Shown here piece after piece: positions 59,414 to 64,000 of a stretch of DNA of 64,000 bases. Origin of the DNA: Acidimicrobiia bacterium. GTDB taxonomy: Bacteria; Actinomycetota; Acidimicrobiia; Acidimicrobiales; Bin134. Below the pieces are notes generated by a model. It saw only the letters and a list, made by a program, of their open reading frames with translations, had not been told where the DNA came from and made no database searches. The first letter of the stretch is position 1. The number at the start of each line of letters is the position of its first letter. The translations under genes were made by a program, and so were the position numbers. The stretch spans positions 3,722-67,721 of the forward strand of contig JAJEGM010000053.1 in the NCBI GenBank assembly GCA_022819825.1, given 5' to 3'.

Positions 59414-59806
59414 ATGATTAGTCGACACGCTGTAGCCAGCAGCGAAGTGCCGGAGGCCTCAGGCCCCTACTCAGCAGCAATCGTCTCGCGGGGGTTCGCA
59501 TTCCTGTCGGGTCAGGGGCCATACGACGCGGAGGGCACCCTTGCGGGTGAGGACATCGCAAGCCAGACACGACAAACACTCCAAAACTTGGAAGCCGTCG
59601 CACAAGCCAGCGGCGCCACTCTCCGAGAAGCTGTGCGGGTGTGTGTCTACCTGACTGACATGGCGAACTTCACCGCCATGAACGCTGTTTTCGCAGAGTT
59701 CTTCGAGCAGCCGTACCCAGCTCGAACGACGGTTCAAACTGGGCTTCCAAAGCCCGAGATGCTGGTTGAGATCGACGCGATCGTCGCACTGCCTGAACCG
59801 GCTTGA
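59414..59806 (+). CDS. ridA: RidA family (YjgF/L-PSP) enamine/imine deaminase
   Basis: PEASGPYSAAIVSRGFAFLSGQ..., VCVYLTDMANFTAMNAVFAEFF and PARTTVQ. Only the last 130 codons of ORF 58820..59806 look real. Confidence 0.85.
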   Translation: MISRHAVASSEVPEASGPYSAAIVSRGFAFLSGQGPYDAEGTLAGEDIASQTRQTLQNLEAVAQASGATLREAVRVCVYLTDMANFTAMNAVFAEFFEQPYPARTTVQTGLPKPEMLVEIDAIVALPEPA

Positions 59807-59876
59807 AATCTGCGGACGCGATTGACCGTCGATTCAGCCCTATACCGACCTATTGATGATGCTATGATATCACCCA

Positions 59877-60125
59877 ATGAGAACGGTCATTACCATCCCA
59901 GACCAGATTCATGCTAAGGCCAAACAGCGCGCTGCGGAATTGGGGATCAGTTTTGCGGAGTTTGCCCGCCGCTTGTTCGAGAAGGAACTAGAGACCCCCA
60001 CTCCCCAAGGAGATATCGAAGCCATTTGCGGCATGGTCAGCGGCTCGCCATTTGATATGGCCCGCGATGGAAATGAGATCGCTGCGGAGGCAGCCCACTG
60101 GCTGAGTTCCGAAGAGTCCGGCTAG
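59877..60125 (+). CDS. Ribbon-helix-helix antitoxin (VapB-like)
   Basis: MRTVITIPDQIHAKAKQRAAELGISFAEFARRLFE. Lies 3 nt before the PIN toxin gene. Confidence 0.72.
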   Translation: MRTVITIPDQIHAKAKQRAAELGISFAEFARRLFEKELETPTPQGDIEAICGMVSGSPFDMARDGNEIAAEAAHWLSSEESG

Positions 60126-60128
60126 AGG

Positions 60129-60548
60129 ATGGAGTCCTCCTATGTGGACACCTCGGCATGGGTGGCGATGGCTGATGGTGCCGAGGTATCTCACAAAGCT
60201 GTAGCCGAGGCACTCCGCATCCGGCAGGGGTGCTTGGTCACCAGTGATCATGTACTTCACGAAACTTGGGCGGTAATGCGCTACCGGCACAACTTCTATA
60301 CAGCCGAAAAGCTCGTCAACACCATCCGAAACGGTATCGCCAGGATTGAAGTATCGGGTTTGGCCGACCTCGAAGCAGCCGCCGCTATTGGGGTTGCATT
60401 TGCCGACCAGGACTTTTCGCTTTCGGATCGCACAAGCTGGGCGATCATGGAACGACTTGGGATCCACTATGCGATCTCGCTCGATAATGATTTCCGCGTC
60501 TACCGATTCGGCCCCGGACGCCGCCAAGCATTCTCTGTCGCTCCGTGA
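60129..60548 (+). CDS. vapC: PIN-domain toxin VapC
   Basis: SYVDTSAWVAMAD..., SLSDRTSWAIMERLG and ISLDNDF. Confidence 0.8.
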   Translation: MESSYVDTSAWVAMADGAEVSHKAVAEALRIRQGCLVTSDHVLHETWAVMRYRHNFYTAEKLVNTIRNGIARIEVSGLADLEAAAAIGVAFADQDFSLSDRTSWAIMERLGIHYAISLDNDFRVYRFGPGRRQAFSVAP

Positions 60549-60642
60549 GAACTGCCGATTCGCGGCATGCTCCGCATCTTGGAGTGTCGCCCCCTGTGGC
60601 CCGGCATTAGTTTGAGCCCATCAATCTGCAAAGGAGCCCATA

Positions 60643-61536
60643 GTGGAGTTGAGGAACAAGACCATTGTGGTGACGGGGCCGACGGGGATGGTGGGGCCGC
60701 CTCTGTGCAAGACCCTGGCCGCCGACAATCGTGTGATCGCGCTGGCCCGGTTCTCAGACCCTGATGCCAAGGCTGATCTTGAGGCCGGAGGAGTGGAGTG
60801 CATCGCGGTTGACTTCGTCAACGCCGACTTCTCGGCGGTTCCCCGCGACGTGGATGCGGTGGTGAACCTGGCGGTGATCAAGACCGGTGACTGGAAGACC
60901 GACTTGGCGGTGTGCTCGGAGGCCACCGGCCACCTGATGAGCCACTTCCGCGACGCGGGGGCATTCCTGCACTGCTCTTCGGGAGCGGTCTATCAGCCCA
61001 GTGGCGGCGAGCCGTTCACCGAGGACAGCCCCCACGGCAACCATCACGCCCACATGATGCCGACGTATTCGATCTCCAAGATCGCGTCGGAGTCGGTGGC
61101 CCGATTCGCGGCCCGGGAATTCAACCTGCCCACGGTTATCGCCCGGCTGAATGTGCCCTACGGCGACACCAATGGATGGCCGCTGTTCCATCTATTGATG
61201 ATGCGGGCGGGCATGGCCATAGAAGTCCATACCGACGGCGCCCGCTACAACCTCAACCACGACGAGGACATCGCCGCCGACATCCCGGTGCTACTCGACC
61301 AGGCCTCGGTACCGGCCACCACGCTCAACTGGGCCAGCCCCGGGTTGGTATCGGTTGCCGAGTGGTGCGAGTTCATGGCTGAGATCGACGGCTGCGGCCC
61401 GCCCCAGATTGTCGAGTCGGAGAACGCCATACCCAGCACCGTCATGGACACCAGCCGCATCGAGGCCCTACGCCCCGACCGCCTGGTGAGCTGGCAAGAC
61501 GGCATCCGCCGACTGGTTCTGAACAACCCCGCCTGA
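60643..61536 (+). CDS. NAD-dependent epimerase/dehydratase family protein
   Basis: KTIVVTGPTGMVGPPL Rossmann motif and YSISK (YxxxK). AAGGAG before GTG 60643. Confidence 0.82.
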   Translation: MELRNKTIVVTGPTGMVGPPLCKTLAADNRVIALARFSDPDAKADLEAGGVECIAVDFVNADFSAVPRDVDAVVNLAVIKTGDWKTDLAVCSEATGHLMSHFRDAGAFLHCSSGAVYQPSGGEPFTEDSPHGNHHAHMMPTYSISKIASESVARFAAREFNLPTVIARLNVPYGDTNGWPLFHLLMMRAGMAIEVHTDGARYNLNHDEDIAADIPVLLDQASVPATTLNWASPGLVSVAEWCEFMAEIDGCGPPQIVESENAIPSTVMDTSRIEALRPDRLVSWQDGIRRLVLNNPA

Positions 61537-61638
61537 CCTGGGGCCTGCGGGGCCGATTTCCGAGGCCGATTGTGGGCTTCGACTGCCGGAAGTACCCTGC
61601 GAAACCACCAAGCGGGCCGCGTCCACCAAGGGGGAACA

Positions 61639-62850
61639 GTGACTGCTATCGAACCCGACATCTTGTCGCCGACGTTTCTTGAGGATCCCAATGCCATGCT
61701 GGAGGTCATGCGGGAGGAATACCCGGTGGTGTACCACGAGGCGACTGAAGCCTGGCTGATCTCGCGCTATGACGACGTCGAACGGGCCTTCAAGGACAAG
61801 GCGTTCACCTCCAAGAACTATGAGTGGCAACTGGAGCCCGTCCACGGCCGGACAATCCTCCAGATGGAGGGCCGCGATCACTCAGCGCACCGGAATCTGA
61901 TTGCGCCCGCGTTCCGGGGCAGCGAACTGACGGCCAAGTTCGTCCCGGTCATCGAGGCCAACGCCCGAGACCTCATCGACGGCTTCCGCCACGACGGCAA
62001 GGTCGACCTGGTCGACCAGTTCTCCATCCGCTTCCCGATCAACGTGATCGTCGACATGTTGGGCTTGGACAAGTCGGATCACGAGCGGTTCCAGAAGTGG
62101 TACCACTCGATCATGATGTTCCTCAGCAACCTCACCGGGGATGAAGAGGTCATGGCCCAGGGGCTCCAGACCAAAGAGGAGCTCGAGGCCTACATGATGC
62201 CGATCATCGCCGAGCGTCGGGCCAACCCCGGTGACGACCTGCTCAGCACCCTGTGTACCGCCATCATCGACGGTGAGCAGATGACCGACCTGGAGATCAA
62301 GGCGTTCGTGTCGCTGTTGTTGGTGGCCGGGGGAGAGACCACCGACAAGGCCATGGCCAACATGATGATGAACCTGATCGCCAACCCCGACCAGCTCCAG
62401 GCCGTTCGTGAAGATCGCAGCCTCATCGACAATGCCTTCGCCGAGACCCTGCGGCACTCGCCGCCGGTGCAGATGATCATGCGCCAGCCCGAGGTAGACG
62501 TGGAGATGCACGGGGTGACCATCCCGGCCGGCTCCACGGTGACCTGTCTCATCGCCGGGGCCAACCGCGATCCCCGCCATTACGCCGATCCCGACACCTT
62601 CGACATCTTCCGAGACGACTTGGACGTGTCCAAAGCGTTCTCCGGGGCGGCCAATCACACCGGATTCTGCTTGGGCCGGCACTTCTGCATCGGCGCCATG
62701 CTGGCCAAAACCGAGGTCGACATCGCCACCAATCAACTGCTTGATGCCATGGACGACGTTGCATTCGACGGCATGCCGCCCACGCCCCAAGGCGTGTTCA
62801 CCCGGGCACCCAAGACCATGCCGCTTACCTTCACCCCGACTGGTCGCTAG
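61639..62850 (+). CDS. Cytochrome P450
   Basis: Heme loop FCLGRHFCIGAMLAK, ExxR (AETLRHSPP), and I-helix VAGGETT. Start set at GTG 61639 after AAGGGGGA (ORF track opens at 61570). Confidence 0.9.
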   Translation: MTAIEPDILSPTFLEDPNAMLEVMREEYPVVYHEATEAWLISRYDDVERAFKDKAFTSKNYEWQLEPVHGRTILQMEGRDHSAHRNLIAPAFRGSELTAKFVPVIEANARDLIDGFRHDGKVDLVDQFSIRFPINVIVDMLGLDKSDHERFQKWYHSIMMFLSNLTGDEEVMAQGLQTKEELEAYMMPIIAERRANPGDDLLSTLCTAIIDGEQMTDLEIKAFVSLLLVAGGETTDKAMANMMMNLIANPDQLQAVREDRSLIDNAFAETLRHSPPVQMIMRQPEVDVEMHGVTIPAGSTVTCLIAGANRDPRHYADPDTFDIFRDDLDVSKAFSGAANHTGFCLGRHFCIGAMLAKTEVDIATNQLLDAMDDVAFDGMPPTPQGVFTRAPKTMPLTFTPTGR

Positions 62851-62892
62851 AGAGCTACACCGGCGACGGCTTCAGAAGGTTCAATCAGCCCT

Positions 62893-64000
62893 TCAGCCGC
62901 TGTTGTCGGCGATGGGCTCAAGCTCGAATAGGCGCAATTCGCGTTCGGTCACGGCGTCGTATCCGGTCCAAAGCGGATACCAGGCCACCGCGGTTTCCCA
63001 TCTCGAGTCACGCTCGGTACCGGTGAGGAGCCGAGCCCTTACGGACATTCGCTGGCCGCGGAACTGGACCTGGGCATCGGGGTTGGCCAACAGGTTCGCG
63101 GTCCACGCGGGATGATCTCCGCGGGCGAAGTTGCTGCCTACTACCAGGAAGCGACCTTCCTCTAGAGGGACCGCGCCGAGCGGCGTTTCCCGAGTCTGGC
63201 CGGTCTTGGCACCGGTGGTGAAGAGCATCAGCATGGGTTGAGCGGCGGAATCGAGCAGCGTCCGACCCCGGGTGAGCCGGTTGATCGCTCGGTGGACCCG
63301 CGGAACGATGTGGGGGCCGAGGGTCCTGAAGGGCCGCGACAGCACCACGCGGGGCGGCATCCGGAACCCCTTGGGCGGTGTCGGCGCTTCGCTGGGGTCA
63401 GGGGAGGGGAGTGCTTTGCCGATCTGGCGGTTGGAGAGGAGGCCGGCTTTGTGCCAAGCAGCCAGGCTGTCAGCGAACGTCTCTTCAATGCCGCGGAACT
63501 CAACCCCGTACACGGAGAGATCGCTGTCTTCTGATCCTTCCCATTGGGTGAGCACGCTCATGCTGAACCGGTTCATTGCCGCATTGATCGGCACGACACG
63601 CCGGATCGAATCAGCCATTCGGCCAATCCCTCGGAGCGCCGATGGGGGAAGCGGCATCATGGGGAATCTTCGACCCGTGATGTCGCGGTGGATGCGGGCA
63701 AAGTCGTTCATGTCAACCAAATGACCGCCGCACATGATTCGGCGGGGTCCATGGCCCCGCTCGAGCAGCGCCACGAGGAGCGAGGCCATGTCTCGGACAT
63801 CGGAGATCGCCACCGCGGCCCTTCGGGTGGGAATGATGCCGGTTGCAGTGAATCGGGCCATGTCTTCGCTGGCCTCGCCAAAAGCCGAGCCCGCGGGCGG
63901 ACCGATCACTGCGCTCGGATACACGATCGCCAAGGGAGCACCATCGGCCTGGAGCTTGCGGGCCACCATCTCCGCGTCGGCTTTGGCTTGGCCGTATGTG
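62893..64000 (-). CDS. Fusion protein: extended SDR (epimerase/dehydratase-like) N-terminal part plus C-terminal deazaflavin-dependent nitroreductase (DDN/F420H2) domain; 5' end outside window
   Basis: The frame stays open upstream of the Met at 63969 to the window edge (...TYGQAKADAEMVARKLQ, YxxxK). The C-terminal half PMLMLFTTGAKTGQTRETPL...VVGSNFARGDHPAWTANLLANPDAQVQ...RLFELEP is a typical DDN-family sequence. Confidence 0.75.
   Translation of the reverse strand, partial: TYGQAKADAEMVARKLQADGAPLAIVYPSAVIGPPAGSAFGEASEDMARFTATGIIPTRRAAVAISDVRDMASLLVALLERGHGPRRIMCGGHLVDMNDFARIHRDITGRRFPMMPLPPSALRGIGRMADSIRRVVPINAAMNRFSMSVLTQWEGSEDSDLSVYGVEFRGIEETFADSLAAWHKAGLLSNRQIGKALPSPDPSEAPTPPKGFRMPPRVVLSRPFRTLGPHIVPRVHRAINRLTRGRTLLDSAAQPMLMLFTTGAKTGQTRETPLGAVPLEEGRFLVVGSNFARGDHPAWTANLLANPDAQVQFRGQRMSVRARLLTGTERDSRWETAVAWYPLWTGYDAVTERELRLFELEPIADNSG

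Overview
This is a high-GC chromosomal segment with Actinomycetota hallmarks: a uvrC-rapZ ... gap-pgk-tpiA ... secG backbone, furA-katG, luciferase-like (LLM) and deazaflavin (DDN) type enzymes, and many VapBC modules. I call about 65 protein genes and one tRNA-Leu(GAG). I saw no rRNA, CRISPR array, transposase or integrase.

Layout:
- 1-2.1 kb: tail of a type I R-M methylase, an orphan HicB-like gene, a Phd/VapC pair and two small unknown ORFs.
- 2.1-9 kb: acyl-CoA ligase, Rieske oxygenase, nadA, uvrC and rapZ.
- 9.2-26.4 kb: accessory catabolic block. It holds a sulfotransferase, a DUF1214-like gene, three LLM oxidoreductases, two family III CoA-transferases, a thioesterase, an amidohydrolase, AtuA plus its small partner, an acyl-CoA ligase and SDRs. 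It ends in two VapBC pairs and sits where yvcK-whiA would be expected.
- 26.5-34 kb: gap-pgk-tpiA, then a reverse-strand M23 peptidase-P450-BVMO insert, then secG.
- 34-41 kb: ACAD, acyl-CoA ligase, csp, phosphodiesterase, furA-katG and the tRNA-Leu.
- 41-48 kb: second DUF1214-like paralog beside a divergent SAH-hydrolase-like gene, ParDE, MazEF, a cytoplasmic sulfatase and a TPP enzyme.
- 48.2-59.8 kb: IclR-associated locus. It holds a sugar ABC importer, lactonase, D-aminoacylase, a DSD1-like PLP enzyme, RidA, KDG kinase and KDPG aldolase. I interpret it as an oxidised amino-sugar (N-acyl-D-glucosaminate type) catabolic system. It carries a repeated 15-bp operator in both of its promoter regions.
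- 59.9-64 kb: VapBC, an epimerase, a P450 and an SDR-DDN fusion cut by the window edge.

All product calls rest on motifs read by eye. No database search was run.
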